From the NCBI GenBank assembly GCA_963726245.1, contig CAVSBT010000019.1:43709-107708 (forward strand): a stretch of DNA of 64,000 bases. Direction: 5' to 3'. Below are positions 45,703-55,869 of the stretch, in pieces (within the stretch, counting starts at the first letter, position 1; every line of letters starts with the position of its first letter). The translations under genes and the position numbers were made by a program. Below the pieces are notes generated by a model. The model saw only the letters and a program-made list of their open reading frames with translations. It did no database searches and was not told where the DNA came from. Origin of the DNA: an uncultured Chloroflexia bacterium. GTDB lineage: Bacteria; Chloroflexota; Dehalococcoidia; DSTF01; JALHUB01.

Positions 45703-47559
45703 CTACCCGTGGATGACGTCCGCCACGTCCTTGAGGCCCAGCTCCTCCAGCTTCCGGCGGCTGGGCTTGCTGGTCTCGGGGTCCCAGTCGCAGGTCTCCA
45801 AGAACTCCTTCTCCTGCGTCTTCCAGTCCAGGGTGAAGTCCTTCAAGGGCCCTTCGTGCAAGGAAGGAGAGCCCACCAGCCGGCCTGGGACCTCGCGCTT
45901 GGCCGGGTTGCCGCCCTCGCGCACCTCGAAGGCCATGCGCAGGTTGGCGATGCGCTCGCCGGCCTTCAGGAGCTCCTCGTTGGTGGTGTCCCAGCCCGTG
46001 GCGGCGTTGATCCACTCCGGGAGGCGGTCGTTGGGCGCCGCCATCATGATGAACAAGCACATGCCGGTAGCGTTGACGACGTGGACGTACTCGGCGCCTC
46101 CCTTGTGGTGGGCGGCGCGGCCGGTGCCGACGCCCTTCTCCTGCTGGGTGGCAGGTATGCCCCACTGGGCGCGGGGGCTGCCTTCGTACTGGGTGTGGCG
46201 GGCCGGCGTGGCGTCCAGCTTATAGGTCGTGTAGAACTCGGGCTGGTGCTTCGGGTCGTGCATGGGAAGCTCTTCGCCGCCGACGTGCATGGCGAACGGC
46301 TGCGCCCGCGGCCCGAGGCGCTCCGCCGCCTTCTGGATGCCGTCGGCCAGGACATCGCCGAAGCCCTCGCGCTTCCCGATCTTGTGCAGCATCTCGATGC
46401 TGGCATCGGGGTTGCTCCAGCGGAGGTCGATGCCGTCGGTGTCCTCCTTGGTGATGACGCCGTTCTCAAAGCACTCGGTGGCGAAGGCGATGACGGCCCC
46501 GGCGGAGATGGTGTCCATGCCGTAGAGGTTGCAGATGTGGTTGGCGTGCTGGATGAAGTCGACGTCGGCGTTGAGGGTCAACGCCCCGAAGGAGGCGGCC
46601 GTCTCGTACTCGGCGCGGTGCGTCTTGGCCGGGTAGGGGTACTTCGGGTTCTCCGACTCCTTGCTCTCGGCGCCGCAGGCCAGCGGACAGTGCCAGCAGG
46701 CGTAGTGCTTCTGCATCCTCTTGTTGAAGTTGTCGCCGAGCAGCTCCATGGCCTGTGGAAAGTCCGACGCGCCCGCGCCGCCCCAGTTCTTCACCGGCGA
46801 GTCGCCGGAGAAGGCGGAGCCCACCGTGATGCCGGTGGTGCCGTAGGTGCGGAAGAACTTGGCCACGGGCTGTACGAACTCGTCCAGCGCGGCGCGTACC
46901 AGGGCGCGGACCTCCTTGTCGGCGCCGAGGATGATGGCCCGGGAGGAGTTGATGACCACGGCCTTGAGCCGTTTGGAGCCCATCACGGCGCCCAGGCCGC
47001 TGCGGGCGGCCAGGCGGCCCCTCTCGTTGGAGATGCCCGCCATGTAGGAGAGCTTCTCCCCCGCCTCGCCGATGCAGGCGACGCTGGCCTTCTTGCCGTG
47101 GCGCTCCTTCAGCTTCTCCTCCACCGCGATGGCGTCCATTCCCCAGAGGTCGCGGGCGTCCTCCAGGGTCGCCCTCTCGTCCTCTATGTGGAGGTAGACG
47201 GGCCGGTCTGCGATGCCGCTGAAGAGGACGGCGTCCCAGCCCGCGTTCTTGAGGTAAGGACCCACGTCGCCGCCGGAGTTGGCGTCGCCCCAGCCTCCCG
47301 TCTTCGGCGACTTGCCCACCGCCTGGTAGCGGATGCCGAAGAGGGGAGTGCCGGTCAGGAGGCCTGGGAACAGGCCGAGGACGTTGTCGCGCCCGAGGGG
47401 ATCGGCTCCCCGGGGTATGCGGTCGAACAGCAGACGTGCCCCCAGCCCGTAGCCGCCGAGGTAGGTGCGATACATCTGCTCGGGCAGGTGCTCTGCCTCA
47501 ATGACATCGGTGCCGAGGTGGACATTCAGGATCTTGCCGTTGAAGGCTCGTTCTTCCAT
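45703..47559 (-). CDS. aor: aldehyde:ferredoxin oxidoreductase family (tungstopterin enzyme)
   Basis: 618 aa. N-terminal GKILNVHLGT...LGGYGLGARLL, SGLGAVMGSKRLKAV, and a C-terminal AOR domain with a Cys-containing region (YACWHCPLACG). Confidence 0.85.
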   Translation of the reverse strand: MEERAFNGKILNVHLGTDVIEAEHLPEQMYRTYLGGYGLGARLLFDRIPRGADPLGRDNVLGLFPGLLTGTPLFGIRYQAVGKSPKTGGWGDANSGGDVGPYLKNAGWDAVLFSGIADRPVYLHIEDERATLEDARDLWGMDAIAVEEKLKERHGKKASVACIGEAGEKLSYMAGISNERGRLAARSGLGAVMGSKRLKAVVINSSRAIILGADKEVRALVRAALDEFVQPVAKFFRTYGTTGITVGSAFSGDSPVKNWGGAGASDFPQAMELLGDNFNKRMQKHYACWHCPLACGAESKESENPKYPYPAKTHRAEYETAASFGALTLNADVDFIQHANHICNLYGMDTISAGAVIAFATECFENGVITKEDTDGIDLRWSNPDASIEMLHKIGKREGFGDVLADGIQKAAERLGPRAQPFAMHVGGEELPMHDPKHQPEFYTTYKLDATPARHTQYEGSPRAQWGIPATQQEKGVGTGRAAHHKGGAEYVHVVNATGMCLFIMMAAPNDRLPEWINAATGWDTTNEELLKAGERIANLRMAFEVREGGNPAKREVPGRLVGSPSLHEGPLKDFTLDWKTQEKEFLETCDWDPETSKPSRRKLEELGLKDVADVIHG

Positions 47560-47615
47560 GGCGGGGATCTCCTCCAGAGCGTGGGGACAGCGGCCAGGCA
47601 GAGCCTGCGAGACCG

Positions 47616-47645
47616 ATTATAGGCTCGCGTGGAGCGATTGGTCAA
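47616..47645 (-). promoter_or_regulatory. candidate sigma-70-type promoter for aor (TTGACC-18-TATAAT) with A/T-rich upstream tract
   Basis: On the minus strand: aagtaaaataagcac TTGACC aatcgctccacgcgagcc TATAAT. Located 56 nt upstream of the aor ATG. Confidence 0.5.
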
Positions 47646-47703
47646 TCAAGTGCTTATTTTACTTTCCCTATGCCCTCACGTTTGGAGGGCCGGCGGAGGC
47701 GCC

Positions 47704-48952
47704 CTACTCGACGCGGATGCCCGGCGCCGGGAAGGACCGGCAGAGCTCGCGCACCTCGCCGCTGATGCGCTCCAGGACCGCCTCGTCCTCCACGTTGGAC
47801 ACCGCCTCCTCCATCCAGGCGGCGACCTGTCGCATCTCCGCCTCACCCATGCCGCGTGAGGTGACGGACGGTGTGCCGATGCGCACGCCGCTGGGGCTGA
47901 AGGGCCGGCGCGGGTCGTAGGGGATGGTGTTGTAGTTGGTGACGATGCCGGCGCGGTCCAGCGCCTTCGCCGCCTTCTTGGCGATCACCTCCTTGTTCGT
48001 CAGGTCGATGAGGATGAGGTGATTGTCGGTGCCGCCGGAGATGAGGGAGAAGCCGCGCTCCCGGAGCTCCGCCGCCAGCACCTTGGCGTTGCGGACTATC
48101 TGCTGTCCGTACTCCCTGAACTCGGGCGTGGCCGCCTCCTTCAGCGCCACGCCGATGGCCGGCCGTAGTGTGGTTGTGAGGCCCTCCCTGGAGCGCCGGG
48201 AAGACGGCCCTATCGATCTTGGCCGCCAGGTCGGCGCGACAGAGGATCATGGCGCCTCGAGGGCCCCGGAGCGTCTTGTGCGTGGTGGTGGTGATCACAT
48301 CGGCGTACGGCGCGGGGTCCGGATGCGCCCCTGCCACCACGAGGCCTGCTATGTGGGCGATGTCCGCCAGGAAGTAGGCGTCCACCTCGTGGGCGATCTC
48401 GCCGAAGGCCTTGAAGTCGAACAGCCGGGGATACGCGGTGGCGCCGGCGACGATGATGCGGGGCCTCTCGCGTCGCGCCATGTCGCGCACGGCGTCGTAG
48501 TCGATGAGGTGGGTCTTGGGGTCCACCGTGTACTGAACGGAGCGGTAGAAGCGGGCGGAGAAGCTCACCTCCCAGCCGTGGGTGAGGTGCCCGCCGTGCG
48601 GCAGGCTGAGCCCCATGATCGTCTCGCCGGGCTCCAACAGGCCGTAGTAGACCGCCATGTTGGCCGGCGAGCCCGAGTAGGGCTGGACGTTGGCGTGATC
48701 CATGTGGAAGAGGGCCTGGGCCCGCTCCTTCACCAGCTCTTCCAGCCGGTCGATGTTGCGCTGCCCTTCGTAGTAGCGCTTTCCCGGGTAGCCCTCCGAG
48801 TACTTGTTGGTGAGGACGGAGCCCACAGCCTCCATTACCGCCGCCGAGGCGTAGTTCTCGGACGGGATGAGGCGCAGGGTCTCGAACTGGTACCTCTCCT
48901 CCTCCCGGATCAGGGAGTAAATCTCAGGATCGGTCTGCTGTAGCTCTAGCAT
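47704..48952 (-). CDS. glyA: serine hydroxymethyltransferase, frame broken near 48158-48163
   Basis: LIPSENY...[10 protein letters not shown]...GGHLTHG...[13 protein letters not shown]...GGPHNHTTA | AIGVALKEA... The halves come from ORFs 47843..49033 and 47704..48150. Start set at ATG 48952 ([12 protein letters not shown]). Confidence 0.9.
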
Positions 48953-49080
48953 GTTCGCCCTCCTCCGGATGCCGTTTTGCCCGGACGAATCCGCCCCGTC
49001 TGTGGGATGCCCGTTTGCCCGTCTGTCCGGCAAACACGCAAACAGGCAAACGGGCAGGTACGCCTGCCTGCCGCAGGCAG

Positions 49081-49110
49081 AAAAACAGCCACGTCACGGG
49101 CCGACGTGGC
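49081..49110 (-). terminator. intrinsic terminator-like hairpin + T-run (minus strand)
   Basis: Minus strand reads gccacgtc ggcccgt gacgtggc tgttttt. About 150 nt downstream of the CoA-transferase stop and upstream of the glyA leader. Confidence 0.5.
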
Positions 49111-49262
49111 TCAACGCAGGGCAAGACCGGCCGCCAGCCCTAGTCGTGACGCGGCCCGCGTCCGTCTCCCCTCGAAACTACAGTCCTGGAAGGCATCTTC
49201 TCCTTACGTGGGCAGTGTAGCGGAGCCCTCTCGCGGGTGTCAACGACTGTGGGAATAGCTCG

Positions 49263-50655
49263 TTAGTCGCTGGCTGTTTCGTCCAGGCCCAACTGCTGGC
49301 GGTAGTCGGGCTCCACGGCCTGGACGGCGCCCATCTCCTGCATCTTCTCGAAGGGGAGCCGGAAGATCTCCCGCACCATGTCCTGAACCATCGCGAACGT
49401 CAGGCCCTCCGGCAGCTCCAGGATCGGCTCGCTGCCGGTGACGCCCTCCGCCTCGAGGGAGGCCAGCTCCTCGTCGGAAAGGCCGAGCATGCCCTGGAGC
49501 ACCTCGCGGTTGTGCTGGCCCAGCACGGGCGCCGCCGAGCCCACGCGCGTCTCGAAGCGGTCGAACCTGGCGACGAGATGGCGGGGCACCGGCCGCCGGC
49601 CCAGGACGGGGTGATCCACCAGGTGGAAGTGCTGGCGCTCGCGGAAGTGCGGGTCCACGAGCAGGTCCTTGCCGGTTGAGCACCGGCGCCGCCTTGACGC
49701 CGGCGCGCTGGAGGAGGTGGAAGGCCTCGTAGTGGTCCTGTTCGCGGGTCCAGCCCTCGATGAGCGCGTCGAGGGTATCGTGGTTCTCGTGGCGCGCGAG
49801 GACATCGGCGAAGCGCTCGTCCTCGGTCCACTCAGGGTGGCCGGTGGCGCGGCAGAAGGCGGCCCACTCGTCGTCGTTCTCGATGGAGATGACGAGCCAG
49901 TCGTCGTCGCCGCGGCAGTGGTAGCAGCCCTGCGGCGCCGCCCACGAGCTGCGATTGCCCATGCGCTCGGGCAGCCGGCCGTTCATCTGGTAGTCCATGA
50001 GCGCGGCGCCCATGACGGCCATCGCCCCCTCCTGCTGTGAGAGGTCGATGAACTGCCCCCGACCCGTGCGCTGCCGGTAATGAAGGGCGGCTAGCACCGC
50101 TCCAGCGGCGAGGACGCCCGTCAGCGGGTCGGTTAAGGAGATGCCGCTGCGGATGGACGGCCCGCCCGGGTAGCCCGTGGCCGACGATATGCCGGAGGCG
50201 GACTCCAGCCCCATGCCGTAGGCGCTCCAGTCGCTGTAGGGCCCAGTTTGGCCGTAGCCGGACATGGAGAGCATGATGATGTCCGGCTTCAACTGCCGGA
50301 CCGTCTCATACTCCAACTCGAAGGCCTTCATGACACGCGGCGTGAAGCTCTCCACCAGGACGTCGCTATCGGCGATGAGGCGGTGGAGGAGGCCGCGGCC
50401 CGGCTCGCTGGTCAGGTCCAGGGTGATGCTCCGCTTGCCGGCGTTGTGAACGGCGAAGTAGCAGGTCCGGTTCCAGGGCTGATCGGCGGAGTCGTTGTCG
50501 GTCATTATGAGGCCGCGGGCGATGTCGAGCCGCTGCCGCGCCTCTATCTTGATGACATCGGCTCCGAGCTCGGAGAGGATGCGGGTGCACGTCGGCCCGG
50601 CGAAGACGTGGGAGAGGTCCAGCACCCGGACGCCGTCGAGGGGTAGCGCCGCCAT
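49263..50655 (-). CDS. family III CoA-transferase, frame broken near 49676
   Basis: LDGVRVLDLSHVFAGPTCTRILSELGADVIKIE... comes from ORF 49240..50655. ...APVL | TGKDLLVDPHFRERQHF...PVLGQHNREVL comes from ORF 49263..49805. Confidence 0.85.
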
Positions 50656-50657
50656 GC

Positions 50658-51890
50658 CTAGATCACCCCCCGGTCTCGCAGGATGCCCAGGTCCTGCCGG
50701 TCATAGCCCACCTCGCCGAGAACAGCCTCGTTGTCCTGCCCCAGGGTCGGGGCCGGCCCGCTGCGAAGCGGCGTCTCGCTCATCCGGAGGGGCGCTCCCG
50801 GATGGCGGAGGCTGACGCCACCGGGGTGCTCGATCTCCACGAAGAAGGCCCGCTCCGCCAGGTGCTCGTCCTCCAGCAGGTCGGCCGCCGTCGGCACCAG
50901 AGCGAAGGGCATGCGCAGCTCCTGCGCCGTCTCCACGATCTGGCGGCTGGAGTGCGTCGTCAGCCAGGGGAGGAGCAGCTCATCCAGCTCGCGCCAGCGG
51001 ATGAAGCGCGCCTGCATGTCCTGGAAGAGGGGGTTCTGGTCCAGCTCCAAGTCCTCCAGGAGGAGCGACATGGGCGAGGCGCCCTGGTCCAGCAGCGGCC
51101 TGGGGAAGCCCTGGGCGCCGGGGATCACCACCACGTATCCGTCCTGGCTGGGCAGGATGTCCATGGGATAGCCGAAGACGTGTCGCGAGTAGAAGCGCCG
51201 GCGGATGGCCCCCAGGTAGGCATACATGGCGGCGTTGTACTCGTCGGCGGCGGCGACCGATTCGACCAGCGAGACGTCGACGTGCTGGCCGCCGCCGTTT
51301 CGCTCGCGGTAGGCGAGGGCGGCCAGGATGCCCACGAACGCCTGGAGCCCGGCGAAGTAGCCGGCCGGCTCGCAGCCTGTCGACAGCGGCTCGCGGTCCG
51401 GCTCGCCGGTGGTGTACATTATGCTGCTCATCGCCATGGCGACCAGGCTGTTGGCGTCGTAGTCGCGGTAAGGCCCCGTCTGCCCGAAGGGGCTGATCGA
51501 GGAGTAGATCAGCTCCGGGAAGTCTGCCCGAAGCTGCTCGTAGCCGATGCCCCAGTCGTCCACGCGGCCCGGCGGGTAGCTCTCGACCAGCACGTCGGCC
51601 CGGGCGAGCAGCTTCTTGAGGACGACCACCCCGGAGGCGGTGGCCACGTCCAGCGTCACGCTCTTCTTGTTCGTGTTCAGGTGGAGGAAGAGGCCGCTCC
51701 TCTCTGGGTGAGGGAGGTCGCTGGGGAAGGGCCCCAGACGGCGGGACACGTCGCCGCCGGGCGGCTCGATCTTGATGACCTCCGCCCCGCAGTCGGCGAG
51801 CAGCTTGGTGCAGTAGGGGCCGGCCACGCCCTGAGTCAGGTCGACCACACGCAGGTCGGAGAGGGCGGCGTCGGTCAAGGGGTCCTCCAA
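50658..51890 (-). CDS. family III CoA-transferase (intact)
   Basis: LSDLRVVDLTQGVAGPYCTKLLADCGAEVIKIEPP..., 410 aa. Its stop lies 2 nt before the start of the next CoA-transferase gene. Confidence 0.85.
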   Translation of the reverse strand: MEDPLTDAALSDLRVVDLTQGVAGPYCTKLLADCGAEVIKIEPPGGDVSRRLGPFPSDLPHPERSGLFLHLNTNKKSVTLDVATASGVVVLKKLLARADVLVESYPPGRVDDWGIGYEQLRADFPELIYSSISPFGQTGPYRDYDANSLVAMAMSSIMYTTGEPDREPLSTGCEPAGYFAGLQAFVGILAALAYRERNGGGQHVDVSLVESVAAADEYNAAMYAYLGAIRRRFYSRHVFGYPMDILPSQDGYVVVIPGAQGFPRPLLDQGASPMSLLLEDLELDQNPLFQDMQARFIRWRELDELLLPWLTTHSSRQIVETAQELRMPFALVPTAADLLEDEHLAERAFFVEIEHPGGVSLRHPGAPLRMSETPLRSGPAPTLGQDNEAVLGEVGYDRQDLGILRDRGVI

Positions 51891-52222
51891 TTCGCCGGCA
51901 GCGAGGCCTGAAGAGGGAGACGGGGGCGTGAGTCACGCCCCCGTGAATATACATACAACGGCCGGCGGGTAGGCGCAACGGCGGCCTTACTGCGCAACGC
52001 GGGGGTCGAGTAGGGGCGCACGGCCGTGCGCCCCTACCACAGCGGCGTCCGTTCGCGCAGCATCTTCTCGATGAGGGGCAGGGCCTCTCGCGCCGCCTCC
52101 TCGCCGCGACGGAGGCTGAGCGGCATGTGGAAGGGTGAGTTGGCGTTGGTCATGCCGCCGCTGATGGCGTCGAAGGCATGTTTGCCCTAGTGGTGGGCGT
52201 GTTGTCGTTAAGAGGCCCGCGG

Positions 52223-53080
52223 TCAGCGGCGCGCGGGCGCTCCGCCTGTCGCCGGGCTTGGGTAGCCAACCGCCTCGGCCGTCCGGCGGCCGGGGGGCTG
52301 TCGCAGACAGTAGGCGAACCCCAGGATGGAGATAGCGATGACGCCCAGCGCTATCACCTGCGCCATCTTGAACTCCCAGAGAACCTGGTTGTCGAGGCGC
52401 AGGGCGCTGGTCCCGACCCGCATGAGCGAGTAGAGGAAGGCGTAGCTGAAGAAGACCAGACCATCCCGCTTGTAGAAGCGCCAGAGAAGGAAGAGCAGCC
52501 CGAATATGAGGAGGTCGCCCAGGAACTCGTAGGCCACGGCCGGGTGCTGTGGGGCCCGTCCGAAGCTGGGGCTGTTAGCGTGCGTGTAGATGACGGCCCA
52601 CGGCAGGTCCGTCGTCTTCGCGAAGTGCTCGCCGTTGATCATGTCGCCGATACGCCCGATGGCCTGGCCGAGGACCATGCCGAAGGCGGCGGCGTCGAGG
52701 CCGGCCCGGATCGGCAGGCGTTGCCAGATGCCGTAGGCCAGGCCACCCAGGACGCCGCCGATCAGCGCTCCGTAGATGGAGATGCCGCCTTCATTTATGC
52801 GGAAGATGTCCAGCAGCCTGCCTGCGAAGAGGCTATGGTTCTCCATGACAAAGAGGGCGCGGGCGCCGATTATGCCCGCCGGCACGCCGACCAGGGCCAC
52901 GGTGTAGGAGACATCCTCGATGAAACCCACCCGGGCCGCCATCTTCACAGCTACCCACACGCCCAGGGCGATGCCGATCGCTGTGAAGACGCCGTGCCAG
53001 GTCAGCAGCAGCCCACCGAAGTGCGCTATTTCAGGATCGATGCCGATCTTGATCGGGTCCCAGCCCCCAATGAGGCCCAT
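52223..53080 (-). CDS. lgt: prolipoprotein diacylglyceryl transferase
   Basis: Polytopic. WHGVFTAIG, GGISIYGALIGG, GRIGDMINGEHFAK and Y-rich C-terminal motifs typical of Lgt. Confidence 0.85.
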   Translation of the reverse strand: MGLIGGWDPIKIGIDPEIAHFGGLLLTWHGVFTAIGIALGVWVAVKMAARVGFIEDVSYTVALVGVPAGIIGARALFVMENHSLFAGRLLDIFRINEGGISIYGALIGGVLGGLAYGIWQRLPIRAGLDAAAFGMVLGQAIGRIGDMINGEHFAKTTDLPWAVIYTHANSPSFGRAPQHPAVAYEFLGDLLIFGLLFLLWRFYKRDGLVFFSYAFLYSLMRVGTSALRLDNQVLWEFKMAQVIALGVIAISILGFAYCLRQPPGRRTAEAVGYPSPATGGAPARR

Positions 53081-53217
53081 CTTAGAGCTCTCCTTCCCGC
53101 GCCCCGGCGTTGAGCTGCGCTCGCATCTCCGCTATCAACCAAGACGCCTTCTTCTCACGTTCTTGCGGCGCGTCCGCCCTTGCTTCGTCCCAGTTCCAGT
53201 TCCCAGGTCCAGGTTCC

Positions 53218-54039
53218 TCACGGGCCGGCGGAGAAGGCCTTCTCGTAGAGGGCCCTCACCTCAGCCGGTGGCAGGTCCTGACCCAGATAGTGGCTGCCCA
53301 GCCAGATCTCGAAGTGAAGGTGGTTCTCGGTGTCGGGAGCGGTGACCGACTCCGGGGTGCCGGAGTCGCCGACGTAGCCCAGCTCCTGGCCTACCTCCAC
53401 CGTCACACCCACGTCGATTCCGGTCGCGATGCCCTCCAGGTGGGCGTAGCGCGTTACCAGCCCTCCGCCGTGGTCCACCCAGATCTGACGGCCGCGAAAG
53501 GTGTCCAGGATGTCGGGGGCATTCGCCTCGCCCTGAGCAAGCCGCTCATTCAGCGACTGTAGCTCGTCCGCGGTCAGGTCGTGGTAGTTCCAGGTGGCGC
53601 GAACCACGCGCCCCGCCTTCACCGCCCGCACCGGCGTTCCCCGCACAATGGACACGCAGTTGTCGATGCCGTAGAAGTCGACTCCCTGGTGGATGCCGTT
53701 GCGGTACTGGCGAGGGGCGTTCGGCATCATGTCGTCACTGGTTGGCAGACAGGCGCCCTCGATAGGAAAGATGAGGCCCTGCACCTCGGTCACCGGCGCT
53801 ACCGTCGCCGTCGGTTCCGCGACCGGCGAAGGCGTCGGCGCTAGGGGCGTAATCTGTACCTTCGACGAGCCCTCGCCGCTGTTGCAGGCGGAGACCAGCA
53901 CAGCTAGGCATGCCAGCAGGGCCGGCACAAAGGCGGTGCGCAGGTCGGCTGCCTCCTTTCCCCGACGAGGGGAGATCGATTCAGGATAACCAGAGCCCGC
54001 GAGTCGGGCAAGTGTGTGGGTGTCAGGCAATCTGTCCAC
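53218..54039 (-). CDS. M23-family metallopeptidase, probable lipoprotein
   Basis: Lipobox LVSACNSG. HQGVDF ... HGGGLVTRYAHL ... GYVGDSG ... HLHFEI (HxxxD / HxH motifs). Confidence 0.8.
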   Translation of the reverse strand: MDRLPDTHTLARLAGSGYPESISPRRGKEAADLRTAFVPALLACLAVLVSACNSGEGSSKVQITPLAPTPSPVAEPTATVAPVTEVQGLIFPIEGACLPTSDDMMPNAPRQYRNGIHQGVDFYGIDNCVSIVRGTPVRAVKAGRVVRATWNYHDLTADELQSLNERLAQGEANAPDILDTFRGRQIWVDHGGGLVTRYAHLEGIATGIDVGVTVEVGQELGYVGDSGTPESVTAPDTENHLHFEIWLGSHYLGQDLPPAEVRALYEKAFSAGP

Positions 54040-55577
54040 TCTGCCAGGCTATCTCGCCTCCCACCACCGTCATCTCCACTGTCAAGGCGCCCGTCGGCTT
54101 CTCCGACAGCACATAGCCTGCCCTCTCGACCCGCAGGCCGGACAGCAGCACCAGGTCGGCGCGCTTGCCGGCACACAGGCTGCCACGCTCGGGCTCGTCG
54201 AAGGCGGCGTAGGCGGCGGCGCGGGTGTGCATGGCCAGCGCCTCCTCGACCGATACCGCCTGGCCAGGCGCCACGGCTGCGCCTCCCGACGAGAGGCGCC
54301 GGACGGCTCCCACCAGGCCAGCGAGGGGGCCGGGCGGCGCAACAGGGGCATCGGAACCGGCCGCCACCAGCACGCCGGCCTCCAGCAAGGTGCGCAACGG
54401 GTAGAGGTGGGGCAGTTCCTTCTCCGGTACCTGCCTGAGATAGCGGTCGCCGTTGTGGTAGACGAAGGAGGGCTGGGTGACTACCAGCACACCCAGGGCG
54501 GCCAGGCGGCGGGCCAGGGCCGGCGGGCAGACCCCGCAGTGCTCGATGCGATGCCGGTGGTCGCGGCGGGGTTTGCGCCTCAACGCGGCGGCCAGCGCGT
54601 CGGCGGCGGCTGCCACGGCGGCCTCGCCCACGGCGTGGATGGCCGCCTGCCGGCCGGCCTGGTGGACGCGCCACACCGTCTCCGCCAGCTCCTCCGGGCC
54701 GGGATGCAGCTCCTCGCCCAGCTCGGCGATGACAAGTTTGACGGGGCCGCGGCGCAAGGGCAGGGAGCCGTCAGCCTCCGGCATCTCACCCAGATGACGA
54801 TAGCCCTCCATGAGAGTGACGGAAAGGGGCAGGCAGCCTTCGGCCATGAGACGGCGGAAGAGCGCCCATTCCTCCGGGCCATTCGTCACCGTGGCGTCCT
54901 GAATGGCTGTCACGCCCTCGGAGAGCAAGGCCTGCGCCGCTCGACGCACCCCGGCCGAGAGCTCGTCGTAGGGCAGCGGCGGCACGAAGCCGTCTACGAT
55001 GTCGTTCATCTCCAGGAGGAGCCCGCTGGGCTCGCCGGTAGAGACGTCTCGCTCCATGTAGCCGCCGGGCGGCTCCTCGCTGCCGGCGTCGAGCCCGACC
55101 AGGGACAGAGCGCGGCTGTTGAGGACGCAGGCCCGGCCGGTGCGGTGCACGAGGCGCACCGGATGGCGCGGCGCGGCCGCGTCCAGGTCCCAGCGCGTGG
55201 GATGGCGGCCCTCGGCCAGGTCCGTCTCGTCGTAGCCGGTGGCGCGCAGCCAGCGGCCCTCGGGCGTGCGGGCGGCCGCCGCGGACAGGGCGGCCTGGAT
55301 GTCGGCTATCGAGCGGGCGGCCCGCGGGCTGCAGTCGATCGGAGAGGAGGGAGGCGGCGTAGGAGAGCAGGTGGCAATGGGCGTCGATGAAGCCGGGCAG
55401 TAGCGTCAGGCCGCGGCCGTCGACGAGTCGCGTCTCGGGCCGGCGGTGACGCGCCACCCACGCCTCGGAGCCCACGGCCAGGAGCCGGTCGCCGGCGACA
55501 GCGACCGCCTCCGCCAGCGGCCGGGACAGCTCCATGGTGAGGGCGCGCACGTTATGGAAGATGAGGCTGGCTGGCAA
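54023..55577 (-). CDS. amidohydrolase-family metal-dependent hydrolase (Amidohydro_3 / YtcJ-like), frame broken at ~55340
   Basis: N-terminal part ...LLPGFIDAHCHLLSYAASLLS comes from ORF 54786..55577. The remainder, IDCSPRAARSIADIQ...HAVGEAAV...IEHCGV...GSDAPV..., is in the frame of ORF 54023..55159. Confidence 0.8.
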
Positions 55578-55685
55578 GCCGTCCTCCTCTGGGCGAGGCC
55601 GTCGAGCACGGCCCGCTTCTGGGGACGAGTAAGGCCGCCCGGAGGCTACCCGCGCGGCCCAGAGATCGATCGAGTGGGCGGGAGG

Positions 55686-55829
55686 TCAGTCGGCGGAAGG
55701 GAGGACCTTGGGCTGCATCAGCTTCATGGGAGCGCCGCAGCACTCAACCCCGCCTTCTCCCGGCTTGATGCAGAGCACCTCGGTGCCACAGCTTTCGCAC
55801 TGAAATCGCTTTCCCAGTTGGTTGGGCAT
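55686..55829 (-). CDS. desulforedoxin-like mini-protein
   Basis: MPNQLGKRFQCESCGTEVLCIKPGEGGVECCGAPMKL aligns with D. gigas desulforedoxin (..[30 protein letters not shown]) including the CxxC...CC ligands. ATG follows AGGAGGTGG. Confidence 0.7.
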   Translation of the reverse strand: MPNQLGKRFQCESCGTEVLCIKPGEGGVECCGAPMKLMQPKVLPSAD

Positions 55830-55869
55830 TTGCGCCACCTCCTGGCCCCGGGGCGGTCCCTTCCAGCCC

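Noticed and set aside
45709-47622. 637-aa plus-strand ORF, one of many long ORFs in the track.
   Set aside because: It lies exactly antisense to the well-supported aor gene. It has an Arg/Gly/Ala/Val-rich low-complexity composition typical of shadow ORFs in high-GC DNA and no recognisable motifs.
48953-49240. Possible ZTP (pfl), THF or glycine riboswitch upstream of glyA.
   Set aside because: Reading the minus strand, I could not find the conserved cores as I remember them (for example GGGUCGUGACUGGCG...CCGCCUGGGC for ZTP). Only partial resemblance (cgtcacgac...ctggcgg) occurs, and it lies upstream of a terminator. It is reported only as an unexplained repeat array.
52034-52180. Minus-strand open frame ...GKHAFDAISGGMTNANSPFHMPLSLRRGEEAAREALPLIEKMLRERTPLW-stop between lgt and the CoA-transferase gene.
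   Set aside because: It is under 50 codons and preceded by an in-frame TAG. The only internal ATG would give 39 aa, and no family is recognisable. It may be a relic of a gene 3' end but cannot be supported as a feature.
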